This document shows positions 51,377-61,066 of a DNA stretch of 64,000 nt, in pieces. A program made the translations under genes and the position numbers. Numbering within the stretch: the stretch's first letter is position 1; every line of letters begins with the position of its first letter. The stretch is from Bacteroidota bacterium. Lineage in GTDB: Bacteria > Bacillota > UBA4882 > JAAYXC01. Location of the stretch: the NCBI GenBank assembly GCA_050260415.1, contig JBLNCE010000111.1, positions 41,798 through 105,797 of the forward strand, read 5' to 3'. Below the pieces are notes generated by a model. The model was not told the DNA's origin. It saw only the letters and a list, made by a program, of their open reading frames with translations, and ran no database searches.

Positions 51377-52629
51377 GTAACGCTAAAGCCTTCCGGCCTG
51401 TCTATGCCGGACCGGCCGGAGAAGTGCAGGTCGCGCGGGACCTGGTGGCGGTCGGGGCGAACGGGCGGACGCTCTGGGAGTTCCAACCCGATCTGGCACA
51501 CCCTCTGCCTAATGGCACCGATCTACTGCTCATGCCGGGACGGGCGCCCCTGGCCCTCGATCCTGGCACGGGCGAAGCGGTCGCGATCGAAGGCGCGCGC
51601 GGACCGGCATTTGCATTGGCGGCGGCGCTTCCCGTCGGTTATACGCGGCTCCTGACGCCCGCCGCCGAAGACGATGGACGCGGACCCGATCTGCCGCTCT
51701 TCGGCTATACGGCGGTCGCCGAGCGTGGAGGCCGTCTTTTTGTCGCGGCCACGCGCACCGATGACCCGGGGCCGTGGGCGCCGGGATCATTCACCCCCGA
51801 AGCGCTCGCGGCCTCGATCGCCGAACGGACAAGAGAATTCCCGGGGAACCGGGTCCTGGCCCAGCTTTCGCGGTGCGCGCGGGAGTATCATTGCCGGACG
51901 GCGCAGAACCTCTTCCAACGGCGCGGCGAGGCGGGGTTACCCGCGGCCAGACACTGCAACGCCTCTTGTCTGGGCTGCATTTCCCTGCAGCCCGCGCAAT
52001 GCTGCCCCGCCCCCCAGAGCCGCCTCACCTTTACCCCGACCGAGCGGGAGCTGAGCGAGTTGGCCGCGGCGCATCTCAGTGCATCCCCGGAGGCGATGGT
52101 GAGTTTCGGCCAGGGTTGCGAGGGTGAACCGCTCACGGCCGCGCCGCTCCTGGCCGCGGTAATACGAGCGGTGCGCCGCCGGACGGATGGCGGCGTCATC
52201 AATCTCAATACCAATGCCGGATTGACCGCGGCACTCGACACTTTGATCGCGGCGGGCTTGAACAGCGTCCGGGTAAGTCTTTTTTCCGCGGTACCCTCGG
52301 ATTATGCCGCGTATCATCGGCCGTCGGGTTTTTGTCTCGCGGATGTGGAGGCCTCCTTGCGTCTGGCCGTAACGCGGGGGGTTCGCACGAGCCTCAACCT
52401 CCTCGTCTACCCGGGGTTTACCGATTCACCCCGGCAGACGCAGGCCTTGATCGATCTCTGCCGTAGGACCGGCCTCCATCAGCTCCAGCTCAGGAACCTG
52501 AATATCGACCCAAGAGCGGCGGCGGTTTTCCTGCCACGCCATGAAACTCCCGGCATACTAGAATTGCTGGGCACGATCCGGCGCGAGCTGCCCGGCCTGG
52601 CGGTGGGTAATTACAGCCGCGCTTGTTAG
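51373..52629 (+). CDS. radical SAM protein with ~190-aa N-terminal domain of unknown function
   Basis: CNASCLGC (CxxxCxxC) followed by a GQGCEGEP glycine-rich motif. TTG at 51373 lies 6 nt after GGAGGA and overlaps the upstream TGA. Confidence 0.75.
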   Translation: MSNAKAFRPVYAGPAGEVQVARDLVAVGANGRTLWEFQPDLAHPLPNGTDLLLMPGRAPLALDPGTGEAVAIEGARGPAFALAAALPVGYTRLLTPAAEDDGRGPDLPLFGYTAVAERGGRLFVAATRTDDPGPWAPGSFTPEALAASIAERTREFPGNRVLAQLSRCAREYHCRTAQNLFQRRGEAGLPAARHCNASCLGCISLQPAQCCPAPQSRLTFTPTERELSELAAAHLSASPEAMVSFGQGCEGEPLTAAPLLAAVIRAVRRRTDGGVINLNTNAGLTAALDTLIAAGLNSVRVSLFSAVPSDYAAYHRPSGFCLADVEASLRLAVTRGVRTSLNLLVYPGFTDSPRQTQALIDLCRRTGLHQLQLRNLNIDPRAAAVFLPRHETPGILELLGTIRRELPGLAVGNYSRAC

Positions 52630-52635
52630 GTGGGG

Positions 52636-52664
52636 TTGATCCGTTACTGGTCACATGCTATAAT
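52636..52664 (+). promoter_or_regulatory. sigma-A-type promoter of rpmE
   Basis: TTGATC, 17 nt, TATAAT with an upstream TGc. Confidence 0.55.
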
Positions 52665-52697
52665 TGTCTAGTTATTAGGTCGGAGAGGTGAGCACGC

Positions 52698-52901
52698 TTG
52701 AAAAACGACATCCATCCCAAGTATTATCAGACCACGGTGACATGCGCCTGCGGCGAAAGCTTCAAGACCGGTTCCACGCGTAAAGACATCAGAGTCGAGA
52801 TTTGTTCAAAATGCCACCCGCTCTTCACCGGAAAACAGCGCATCGTCGACAGCGGCGGTCAGGTCGACAAATTCAAGAAACGGCTGGCGCAGGGGAAGTA
52901 G
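52698..52901 (+). CDS. rpmE: 50S ribosomal protein L31 (Cys-containing type A)
   Basis: [10 protein letters not shown]...CACGESF...[13 protein letters not shown]. Confidence 0.95.
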   Translation: MKNDIHPKYYQTTVTCACGESFKTGSTRKDIRVEICSKCHPLFTGKQRIVDSGGQVDKFKKRLAQGK

Positions 52902-52913
52902 CTTCCAAGGACG

Positions 52914-52943
52914 CAGAGCTGACAAGGCTCTGTTTCTCTTTTT
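52914..52943 (+). terminator. intrinsic terminator after rpmE
   Basis: CAGAGC-TGACAAG-GCTCTG followed by TTTCTCTTTTT. Confidence 0.65.
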
Positions 52944-52967
52944 ACGTGCAAGGAAGGAGAACGGTGC

Positions 52968-53903
52968 ATGCAAGGCAAATTCCAGTACGGCGGGCAGGCG
53001 GTCATCGAAGGCGTTATGATGCGCGGCCGTGAGTACATGGCCATCGCGGTGCGGCGGGGTCCGGAAGAGATCGTGGTGCATAAGGAACCGGTGGGTTCCT
53101 TGACAAAAAGGTATAAAGCGCTCAAAGCCCCCTTCATCCGCGGCGTGGTGGCGCTATGCGAATCATTCGGCCTGGGTCTCAAGGCGCTGCTGTTTTCCGC
53201 AAACCAGTTCGTGGAGACCGAAGAACAAGAAAGGCTGACGCCCCTCGAGACGATTGCCATCGTAGGATCGGCCGTGCTGCTTACCATCGTACTCTTCATA
53301 CTGCTGCCTCTGGGTGTCAGAAGCCTGATCAATCGCCTGACCGAGATTCCGTTCTGGCTGAACATCGGCGAGGGCTTGGTGCGGGCGGTCATTTTGGTCC
53401 TGTATATTCTCCTCGTTTCGCTCATCAAAGACATGAGGCGCGTCTTCGCTTATCATGGCGCCGAGCATAAGGTAATCCATGCCTTTGAGGCGGGAGAGGA
53501 ACTGACGGTGGCCAACGCGCAGCGTCATACCACGCTGCATCCCCGATGCGGGACCAGCTTTCTTCTGTTCGTGGTGGTCATCAGCGCCTTGATCTTTTCC
53601 GTCCTGGGCAGGCAGACGTTTCTGATGCGCGTCGCCAGCAGGATTCTGCTCTTGCCGGTGGTCGCGGGCTTTTCCTATGAGTTGATCAAGTTGGCCGGCA
53701 GGAAGCAAGCATTCTTCCTGGTGCGCTGGCTCAGCGCCCCCGGTCTTTGGCTGCAGCGGCTCACGACCAATCCACCCGACGACGGGATGGTGGCCGTGGC
53801 GATCGAGGCTTTGCAAGCCGTCCTGAGAGAGGACGCCTCGATCGGCAAGATAAACGGCGCCGAAAGCAGTGCAAAGTCGGCGCAACCCTTGGTGGTTAAC
53901 TAA
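52968..53903 (+). CDS. DUF1385 membrane protein
   Basis: YGGQAVIEGVMMRG and AYHGAEHK. The rpmE-DUF1385-prfA-prmC order is typical. Confidence 0.85.
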   Translation: MQGKFQYGGQAVIEGVMMRGREYMAIAVRRGPEEIVVHKEPVGSLTKRYKALKAPFIRGVVALCESFGLGLKALLFSANQFVETEEQERLTPLETIAIVGSAVLLTIVLFILLPLGVRSLINRLTEIPFWLNIGEGLVRAVILVLYILLVSLIKDMRRVFAYHGAEHKVIHAFEAGEELTVANAQRHTTLHPRCGTSFLLFVVVISALIFSVLGRQTFLMRVASRILLLPVVAGFSYELIKLAGRKQAFFLVRWLSAPGLWLQRLTTNPPDDGMVAVAIEALQAVLREDASIGKINGAESSAKSAQPLVVN

Positions 53904-53921
53904 GCGCAAGGTGACGGCCTC

Positions 53922-54986
53922 ATGTTGAATAAGTTAGAAGAGATAAAACGCAGGTTCGAAACGCTCGAACGCCAGCTGGCGGATCCGTCCGTACTGGCCG
54001 ACCAGGGGGAATACCGTCGCCTGGCGCGTTCGCATGCCGGTTTGGCCGAGATCGTGGCGGAATACGATGCCTGGCGGAGCATCTCGGCGCGGAAGGAAGC
54101 GGCGCGGGCGATGCTGCAGGATAAGGACCAGGATCTTGTGGCATTGGCGCGCGAGGAACTGGCGCAACTTGAGGCGGCGGAAGAGAAGAGCCAAGGCCGC
54201 CTGCGCTTGCTGCTCCTGCCGAAGGATCCCAGGGACGAAAAGAACGTCATTCTGGAGATTAGAGCCGGAACAGGCGGGGAAGAGGCGGCGCTCTTCGCCG
54301 GCAACTTGTTTCGCATGTACGCTAGGTATGCGGAGCGGCGCGGTTGGCGCATGGAGATGATGAGTTCGAGCCCAACCGAATTGGGTGGCTTCAAGGAAAT
54401 CATCGTCTCCATTGAGGGAGAGGGCGTTTACAGCCGCCTGAAGTTCGAAAGCGGCGTGCACCGCGTTCAGCGTGTCCCGGAGACGGAAGCCAGCGGTAGG
54501 ATCCATACCTCGGCCGCGACCGTCGCCGTTCTGCCCGAGGCTGAAGAAGTCGATATCCAGATCAACCCCAACGACCTTAGAATAGACGTCTTCCGCTCCC
54601 AGGGCCACGGCGGGCAGAGCGTCAATACCACCGATTCCGCGGTCAGGTTGACCCATCTGCCCACGGGGATGGTCGTCACCTGCCAGGATGAGAAATCCCA
54701 GTTGAAGAATAAAGATAAAGCGCTCAAGATCCTGCGCGCGCGCCTCCTCGATAAATGCCAGCGCGACCAACAACAAGAATTGGCGGAAGCGCGGCGCAAC
54801 ATGGTCGGTTCCGGCGACCGCAGCGAACGCATCCGTACGTATAATTTCCCGCAGAACAGATTGACCGACCACCGGATCGATCTGACCATCTATCACCTCG
54901 ATCGCATTATCCAGGGCGAGCTGGATGAGGTCATTGAGGTCTTGATCACGACCGACCAGGCGGAAAGGCTCAAGGCGGAAGCCTGA
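53922..54986 (+). CDS. prfA: peptide chain release factor 1
   Basis: The tripeptide region PETEASGR and GGQ ([17 protein letters not shown]). Confidence 0.95.
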   Translation: MLNKLEEIKRRFETLERQLADPSVLADQGEYRRLARSHAGLAEIVAEYDAWRSISARKEAARAMLQDKDQDLVALAREELAQLEAAEEKSQGRLRLLLLPKDPRDEKNVILEIRAGTGGEEAALFAGNLFRMYARYAERRGWRMEMMSSSPTELGGFKEIIVSIEGEGVYSRLKFESGVHRVQRVPETEASGRIHTSAATVAVLPEAEEVDIQINPNDLRIDVFRSQGHGGQSVNTTDSAVRLTHLPTGMVVTCQDEKSQLKNKDKALKILRARLLDKCQRDQQQELAEARRNMVGSGDRSERIRTYNFPQNRLTDHRIDLTIYHLDRIIQGELDEVIEVLITTDQAERLKAEA

Positions 54987-55867
54987 TGCTTCCAACACTG
55001 CGCGAGATCGTCGCAAAATCCGCCGCCTATCTCGCCGGGGCCGGTCTCACCGCACCGCGCCTGGAAGCCGAACTCTTGATCGGCGCGGCGATAGGATTGG
55101 ATCGCATACAGCTCTACGTGCAGTACGACCGCCCCCTCGCGGAGACCGAGATTCAGACCATGCGTGAACTCCTGCGCGCACGGGCCAAGGAACGCGTGCC
55201 GATCGCTTATCTCACCGGCCGCAAGTACTTTCTGGGCCATGCTCTCAGTGTGCCAAGGGGCGTTTTCATACCGCGTCCCGAGACCGAGGAATTGGTGGAG
55301 GCCGCGGTAACGAGGCTTTCCGCCATCGGTGTCACGCAGGATCAACCCCTAGAGATCCTGGACCTCTGTACCGGCACCGGTGCTATTAGCCTGGCATTGG
55401 CCAAGAAATACGGGCGCGCGACGATCTTGGCCGTCGATCTCTCACCGTTGGCCGTCCGCGCGGCGGAGGACAATGTCAAGCGTTTTCAACTGGAAGGACG
55501 CCTCACCGTCCGCCAGGGTGATCTCTGGGAAGCCGTGCCACAGAACAGGGTATTCGATCTCATCATCAGCAATCCGCCCTATATCCCGAGCGCGCTAATC
55601 GCGGGATTACCGGCGGAGATCCGCGAGCACGAACCCCATCTGGCTCTGGATGGCGGTGAAGACGGGCTCCTATTCTACCACCGTATTCTTTCCACGAGCG
55701 GCCGGTATCTGCGCCCGGGCGGTCTCGTCGCCCTGGAACACGGCGAGGATCAGGGGCGGCCCATCGCCGACCTAGCCCGCCATTACGGTCTGGATCGCGT
55801 GGCGCAACACGACGATCTGTCTGGATGCCCACGAATCCTGCTGGCACAAAAGGAGTCGTCATCTTGA
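54986..55867 (+). CDS. prmC: release-factor glutamine N5-methyltransferase
   Basis: DLCTGTGAI and SNPPYIP (NPPY). TGATG overlap with prfA. Confidence 0.9.
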   Translation: MLPTLREIVAKSAAYLAGAGLTAPRLEAELLIGAAIGLDRIQLYVQYDRPLAETEIQTMRELLRARAKERVPIAYLTGRKYFLGHALSVPRGVFIPRPETEELVEAAVTRLSAIGVTQDQPLEILDLCTGTGAISLALAKKYGRATILAVDLSPLAVRAAEDNVKRFQLEGRLTVRQGDLWEAVPQNRVFDLIISNPPYIPSALIAGLPAEIREHEPHLALDGGEDGLLFYHRILSTSGRYLRPGGLVALEHGEDQGRPIADLARHYGLDRVAQHDDLSGCPRILLAQKESSS

Positions 55868-56169
55868 CCCGACTATGGCTCGTGCTGCTCGCCATGGTGC
55901 TCCTCCTTTCATTGGTGGAAGCAATGCACGATAACGACCAGTCACTCGAGGCCTCAGTATCCAGCCGGATCATCGCCGTGCGCTTGGCGCCCGCGGCGCA
56001 GGCCAACAGCCGTCGCGTACAGTCCATAGTATCATCGGTGATCTCTGCCGTAATGGCGGCGTCGTTCTTCATGCTCAAAGCCCATATATTGGGGCACCGC
56101 AAGGAACGACCCGCGCGCCATCTTTCTCCCGCCGTCAATCCCAGCTGGTACATGTCCGCCTACCTCTAG
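55864..56169 (+). CDS. hypothetical small membrane protein (101 aa)
   Basis: TTG lies 8 nt after AAAGGAG and overlaps the prmC TGA. Has an N-terminal signal/TM segment (LWLVLLAMVLLLSLVEA) and a second hydrophobic segment. Confidence 0.4.
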   Translation: MTRLWLVLLAMVLLLSLVEAMHDNDQSLEASVSSRIIAVRLAPAAQANSRRVQSIVSSVISAVMAASFFMLKAHILGHRKERPARHLSPAVNPSWYMSAYL

Positions 56170-56224
56170 TCCAAGCGCGTCATTTTTCTCCACGCGCTTG
56201 CATGAGAGGAGGCTTGCAAAGGAA

Positions 56225-56494
56225 ATGCCCAAACACATTGTCCAGGCTGGCCGGGGAGAACACCCCGAAAGAGTTATCTTCGATCACCGATCGCAACGTT
56301 TGCGGGGCTTTAGCTGGCACGGCACGATTATCTCCGTCGACAAGGTGGAGAAACGATGGACGGCCACCAGGCATGGCCTCCTGCAGACGTTTTACAGTCT
56401 AGCCACGCCGGCGGGACGTTTCTATTTGGCCTTTTATATCGATCCGGTAACGCGCGCGCACGTATGGTGGTTGAGTCCGGAAAATGCCGGTTAA
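56225..56494 (+). CDS. small protein of unknown function, distant paralogue of 43580-43828
   Basis: Shares the pattern ERV..R.F.W......V...W...F...T..G..Y.L...W.L with ORF 43580. ATG follows GAGAGGAGG (12 nt). The alternative TTG 56198 is crowded by the upstream hairpin. Confidence 0.5.
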   Translation: MPKHIVQAGRGEHPERVIFDHRSQRLRGFSWHGTIISVDKVEKRWTATRHGLLQTFYSLATPAGRFYLAFYIDPVTRAHVWWLSPENAG

Positions 56495-56514
56495 CCTTAG
56501 CGGGAGGGTTTGGC

Positions 56515-57345
56515 ATGCGTTTTGTCAAGATGCATGGTGCGGGAAATGACTACGTCTTCGTCGACAGCCTGACCGATCCGGGCGACCCCGCGGAACTTGC
56601 CAGGCGAATAAGCGACCGGCACTTTGGCGTGGGGGGCGACGGGCTGGTCTTGATCTTGCCCTCGGCGGCGGCCGATGCCCGCATGCGTATGTTCAACGCG
56701 GACGGCAGCGAGGCGGGCATGTGCGGCAATGCCATCCGTTGCGTGGCCAAATATCTTTTCGACCGCGGCCGGGTGGGACGCGAACCGGTGATCGAAACCG
56801 GTGCGGGTTTGAGGCACCTGACGATGCAAGTGGACGAAGCGCGCGGGATCGCCGTCGGCGCCACGGTTGACATGGGTGAGCCCAGTTTCGCCGCCGGCGA
56901 CATACCCATGACCGGCGAGGAACGGCAAGTCCTCGGCGAGCGCTTGTCCGCGACGGGGCAGGAATTCGAGATAACCGCCGTTTCCATGGGTAACCCGCAT
57001 TGCGTAATCTTTGTACCGGATGTGGACCTGGTCCCCTTATCAGTCTGGGGTCCGGCGATCGAGCATCATGAAGTCTTCCCGCGGCGAACCAATGTGGAGT
57101 TCGTTACGGTCGTGGATCGCGCCAATCTCAAAGTGCGCGTCTGGGAACGGGGTTCCGGCGAGACACTTGCCTGCGGCACAGGCGCAAGCGCATCCCTGGC
57201 CGCCGCGGTCATGCGCGGTCTGACCGACCGCCGGACCGCGATCGAGCTTCCAGGCGGAAACCTGATGCTGGAATGGAAACCCGACGGACACATATACCTG
57301 ACCGGACCGGCGGTGGAGGTCTTTACGGGCGAATGGGAAGCCTGA
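56515..57345 (+). CDS. dapF: diaminopimelate epimerase
   Basis: MRFVKMHGAGNDYVFVD, GNAIRC, GNPHCV and ACGTGA. ATG lies 6 nt after GGGAGGG. Confidence 0.9.
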   Translation: MRFVKMHGAGNDYVFVDSLTDPGDPAELARRISDRHFGVGGDGLVLILPSAAADARMRMFNADGSEAGMCGNAIRCVAKYLFDRGRVGREPVIETGAGLRHLTMQVDEARGIAVGATVDMGEPSFAAGDIPMTGEERQVLGERLSATGQEFEITAVSMGNPHCVIFVPDVDLVPLSVWGPAIEHHEVFPRRTNVEFVTVVDRANLKVRVWERGSGETLACGTGASASLAAAVMRGLTDRRTAIELPGGNLMLEWKPDGHIYLTGPAVEVFTGEWEA

Positions 57346-57377
57346 GGCCACATCAAGCCGGAAATAGGAGCGTCCTG

Positions 57378-58244
57378 ATGTCTCACGATATCACCCTCGC
57401 CACGCTGGGGCCTGCCGGAACGTATAGTGAACAAGCCGCGCGTAAGTATGCCCGGCAACGTGGCTGTCCGCATCCTCACCTGCTTTTTGAACCGGCCGCG
57501 CAGTGCTTGGCCAAGGTGGCGCTTGCGCAGGCCGAGGTCGCCGTTCTACCTGCCGAAAACATGGTGGATGGTATCATCGGCTCCACCTATGATGCTTTGA
57601 TCGAGTTCGGCGGCGAGCTTCAAGTCATGGACGAACTGTTCTTGCCGGTGGATCACGTCCTGGCGGTCGGCAAGGGTATGAATGACATGGGTATCACGCA
57701 CGTCTATTCACATCCCTCCGCCCTGAACCAATGCGCACGGAATCTACACGCGATTCTGCCCGACGCCGCCCTGGTTCCCGTCGGTTCCACCGCCGAAGCG
57801 GCGGTGCGGGTCGCTGAAGATGGCCATCACGGTGCCGCGGCGATCTGTGCCCGCGAAACGGCGGAATCCCTCGGGCTCGTAGTCTTACGGACGGATCTGG
57901 GCGATTATCCACAGAACCACACCCGCTTTTTCGTCTGCGCGCGGGAACGTGCCGCCGCAAGCGGTAACGATAAGACGGTAATCGCCGTGCGTTACGGGCG
58001 GAACCAACCGGGACAGCTCTATCGCACGGCGGGTTTTTTCGCCCTTCGGGACGTGGACCTTACCTCCGTACATTCCAGGCCATACAAGGCAAGGCCCCGG
58101 GAATACGTCCTCCTGTTCGAACTGGACGGGCACCGTGAGGAGAGAGCTGTTCGTGAAGCCCTGGCGGACGTAGCCGCACAGGTCAGGGAAACCGATGGTT
58201 GGCTGATTGTCCTGGGGAGCCACCCGAGGAGGGGATTGGGTTGA
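57378..58244 (+). CDS. pheA: prephenate dehydratase (PDT + ACT domains)
   Basis: LATLGPAGTYSEQAA, VYSHPSALNQC, NHTRFF and a C-terminal ACT-like domain. Confidence 0.85.
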   Translation: MSHDITLATLGPAGTYSEQAARKYARQRGCPHPHLLFEPAAQCLAKVALAQAEVAVLPAENMVDGIIGSTYDALIEFGGELQVMDELFLPVDHVLAVGKGMNDMGITHVYSHPSALNQCARNLHAILPDAALVPVGSTAEAAVRVAEDGHHGAAAICARETAESLGLVVLRTDLGDYPQNHTRFFVCARERAAASGNDKTVIAVRYGRNQPGQLYRTAGFFALRDVDLTSVHSRPYKARPREYVLLFELDGHREERAVREALADVAAQVRETDGWLIVLGSHPRRGLG

Positions 58245-59509
58245 GGCCGGCGGAGTCTTGGCTTGCGTGGCTCCGCAGGCTTTCGGAAGAGTTGGAGCCC
58301 GTTTTCGCGCCTCTCGATCTCATTGAGGAGCGCCAGACCGGGCGCATACTCGATGCCTTTCGCGAGATCGGCCTTGGGCAACATCATTTCGCCCCTGGCA
58401 GCGGTTACGGTTATCATGACGCCGGCCGTGATGCGTTGGAGGGTGTCTTTGCCCGGATCTGGCATGCCGAGGCGGCGCTCGTCAGGCAGCAACTGGTCTC
58501 CGGTACTCATGCCATCAGCCTCTGTCTGCATGCCCTCCTGGAACCGGGCCAAGAGATACTCTTTGCCGGCGAGCCTTATGATACTTTGCAGGCAGCGGTC
58601 GGCCTACGCGGTTCAGCGCCCGGCAACCTCGCGGGCAAGGGTGTAAGGCTGCGCGTCGCCGAACTCCCAAGCCCCCCCACGCAATGGGCTGAGTACCTCC
58701 GAGGACAGATCCTTGCCGAGACGGGTTTGCTCTATCTTCAACGTTCGGGGGGGTATTCAACCAGGCCCGCCATGTCCGTGGCCACTATTGCCGCCATTGT
58801 CAAAGCCATTCATGCCATGCCGCATGCGCCGATCGTCTTCGTGGACAACTGCTATGGCGAATTCGTTGAGGACGCCGAGCCGGTTGAGATGGGCGCGGAT
58901 ATTATGGCCGGATCCCTGATCAAGAATCCCGGCGGCGGGTTGGCGCCATGCGGCGGTTATATCGCCGGCCGGCGAGATCTGATCGACAGAGTCGCCGCGC
59001 ATCTGTACGCCCCCGGCCTGGGCGGCGAAATCGGTCCCAGTCTGATCTCACCGCGAGTGTTCTTCCAAGGGTTGCTCAACGCCCCTCACCTCGTGGGACA
59101 GGCATTGCGCGGCGCGATCCTATGTGCGCGGGCTTTTTCGGAGCTCGGTTACGAGACTTCCCCGCGATGGGATCAACGCCGGTACGATCTCGTGCAGCGG
59201 ATTGTCTTTGGCTCGGCCGAGCGCCTCTTGCGGTTCTGCCGTGCCGTCCAGGCCGCCTCGCCGGTTGATGCCCGCGCCGTCCCGGAACCGGCGCGACTTC
59301 CGGGCTATGCGGACCCGGTTGTCATGGCCGGCGGGACCTTCGTCCAGGGTTCGAGTGGTGAACTGACCGTCGATGCGCCGTTGCGAAGTCCTTTCGCCGG
59401 GTATTGGCAGGGAGGGTTGAGTTTCTGCCAAGCCAGACTCACTTTGGCCAAAGGACTGGCAGCTCTGGATGAGTTTGCCTCCGCGCGCGAAGAAATTCCT
59501 CTCAAGTGA
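58241..59509 (+). CDS. methionine gamma-lyase family protein (YnbB-like PLP enzyme)
   Basis: GSGYGYHDAGRDALE, VSGTHAIS and SLIKNPGGGLAPCGGYIAG. TTG overlaps the pheA TGA and lies 5 nt after GGAGGGGA. Confidence 0.85.
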   Translation: MRPAESWLAWLRRLSEELEPVFAPLDLIEERQTGRILDAFREIGLGQHHFAPGSGYGYHDAGRDALEGVFARIWHAEAALVRQQLVSGTHAISLCLHALLEPGQEILFAGEPYDTLQAAVGLRGSAPGNLAGKGVRLRVAELPSPPTQWAEYLRGQILAETGLLYLQRSGGYSTRPAMSVATIAAIVKAIHAMPHAPIVFVDNCYGEFVEDAEPVEMGADIMAGSLIKNPGGGLAPCGGYIAGRRDLIDRVAAHLYAPGLGGEIGPSLISPRVFFQGLLNAPHLVGQALRGAILCARAFSELGYETSPRWDQRRYDLVQRIVFGSAERLLRFCRAVQAASPVDARAVPEPARLPGYADPVVMAGGTFVQGSSGELTVDAPLRSPFAGYWQGGLSFCQARLTLAKGLAALDEFASAREEIPLK

Positions 59510-59583
59510 AGGAGGTTGTGCGACCGGCGCGGAATCTTTAAAGCGTGTCAGAACTCGCTAAAGGATTAGTTGGGTGGTCGCAG

Positions 59584-61011
59584 ATGTCGCTTTTTATCAG
59601 CCCGATTGCCAAAGAACAAATCCCCGAGCGTACCAGCCTTTTCAAGGGCTTAGCCGGTCTGGAGCTTGCGCGCCAATGTGCGCTTCTCCTGGCGTTAATC
59701 GGCACTTTGGGTGTGATGTTTCACCTCTCGGTGCTCGGCCTTTTTCGCCAAACCCCGTTTTCGGCGGTCATCGCGGAGAGAGCCAAGAGTCTTATGCAGC
59801 CGGCATTTCTGTCCGTCTGGCTTTTGCTATGTCTCCTCGGGTTATCCGCCGCCGTGATATCTTCCTCACTATCCGGCAGAATGGCCGCCAAACGCGGCGG
59901 GCTATTAATAGAGCGTCTGCGCGATATTCCAGCGGAGCGTTCGCTGCTCACGATACTGGAAAAAATGCCGGACACCCATGTCATTGTCCAGCCGACGCTC
60001 CGGCTCGGCGGGGCGGAGATCAAGTTCGATTTGGCGACCGTTTCCGTACATGGCCTGTCCTTTTTCCGTGCATCCGCCGGGGATATGGCTGAGATCGACG
60101 CCGTCAAGCACACGCTCACCCACCTGAGCGAGCAGTATGGGATACCCCTCTTGGCGCGGGCCCGCTTTTTTCTTTTCGCTACCGGTCTTGAAACAAAGTC
60201 CGTTCAAGGCTGGCAGACTTGCACCACCGGAGATATCGGCCGCTTCTTCCAGCGCGTCGAAGGGAGCACCGGTGCGCAAGAATTGGCAAAATGTTTCCGG
60301 GCTTTATATAGCCTTGCTCTTCCCGCAAATATGCCTCCCATCCCCATCGAGGGGACGGTGCCGTCCAACTACCAACTGGCCGCTCCCGGAGCAACCACCG
60401 TCGTGCATAAACATGAAGGCGTGGAAAGACTGGTCAAGGTTCTGTTCTTCGGGTTGCTCGCGATCTGTTTGGCCATTGGCTCCCTCTATGCCCTCCAGTT
60501 CTTCCAATACGAAATGGCCGAGGGAATTATGCGTCCAACCCGTGCATTCTTGCGCGCCGTGCTACCACCTGACTGGCAAGACAGGTTGGCGTTGGGTACA
60601 GAGATTAACATCGGCGAAAGCCATATCTATGCGACTCCGAGGAGTGATACTCCCATCAGGCTCTCAACCGCGCTGGGCCGGCGGGCGGATGGACCCGAGG
60701 TCCCGGCGGGCGCTGAATTGCGGATTATCCAAGCTAAGATCAGCGGGTCTGAGGAGTGGTATCTGATATCCTCGTCTAAAGGCGCAGGTTGGCTGCCCGG
60801 CACGGAGCTAACGATGCGCCATTTGGTGGTCGCCGGGACCCCCTTGTACGATCGCCCGCAACCAAACGCCTCGATTTTGAGCACCGTCAAACGGGACTCT
60901 CCCGTCGCGCTGCTCTCGGTCTGGCATCGCCCGTCAAGGCGCGGCGAGATCGTCTGGAGCAAGATTTGCTTCCTGGACAAGACGATCGGTTATATTCAGG
61001 GAGAGATATAG
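59584..61011 (+). CDS. uncharacterised 3-TM protein with NERD-like module and two C-terminal SH3b-like repeats
   Basis: ATG at 59584 lies 6 nt after GGGTGG (the track start GTG 59545 has no SD). See findings for the TM segments, the NERD-like stretch and the two SH3b-like repeats. Confidence 0.65.
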   Translation: MSLFISPIAKEQIPERTSLFKGLAGLELARQCALLLALIGTLGVMFHLSVLGLFRQTPFSAVIAERAKSLMQPAFLSVWLLLCLLGLSAAVISSSLSGRMAAKRGGLLIERLRDIPAERSLLTILEKMPDTHVIVQPTLRLGGAEIKFDLATVSVHGLSFFRASAGDMAEIDAVKHTLTHLSEQYGIPLLARARFFLFATGLETKSVQGWQTCTTGDIGRFFQRVEGSTGAQELAKCFRALYSLALPANMPPIPIEGTVPSNYQLAAPGATTVVHKHEGVERLVKVLFFGLLAICLAIGSLYALQFFQYEMAEGIMRPTRAFLRAVLPPDWQDRLALGTEINIGESHIYATPRSDTPIRLSTALGRRADGPEVPAGAELRIIQAKISGSEEWYLISSSKGAGWLPGTELTMRHLVVAGTPLYDRPQPNASILSTVKRDSPVALLSVWHRPSRRGEIVWSKICFLDKTIGYIQGEI

Positions 61012-61066
61012 CCCGTCACAATCGGCACGCATTGCCAAACCTCACTTAAGGAGATCGTACGGAAGC

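Noticed and set aside
53934-55016. 360-aa ORF antisense to prfA
   Set aside because: prfA (GGQ motif) occupies the + strand. The antisense ORF has no recognisable features.
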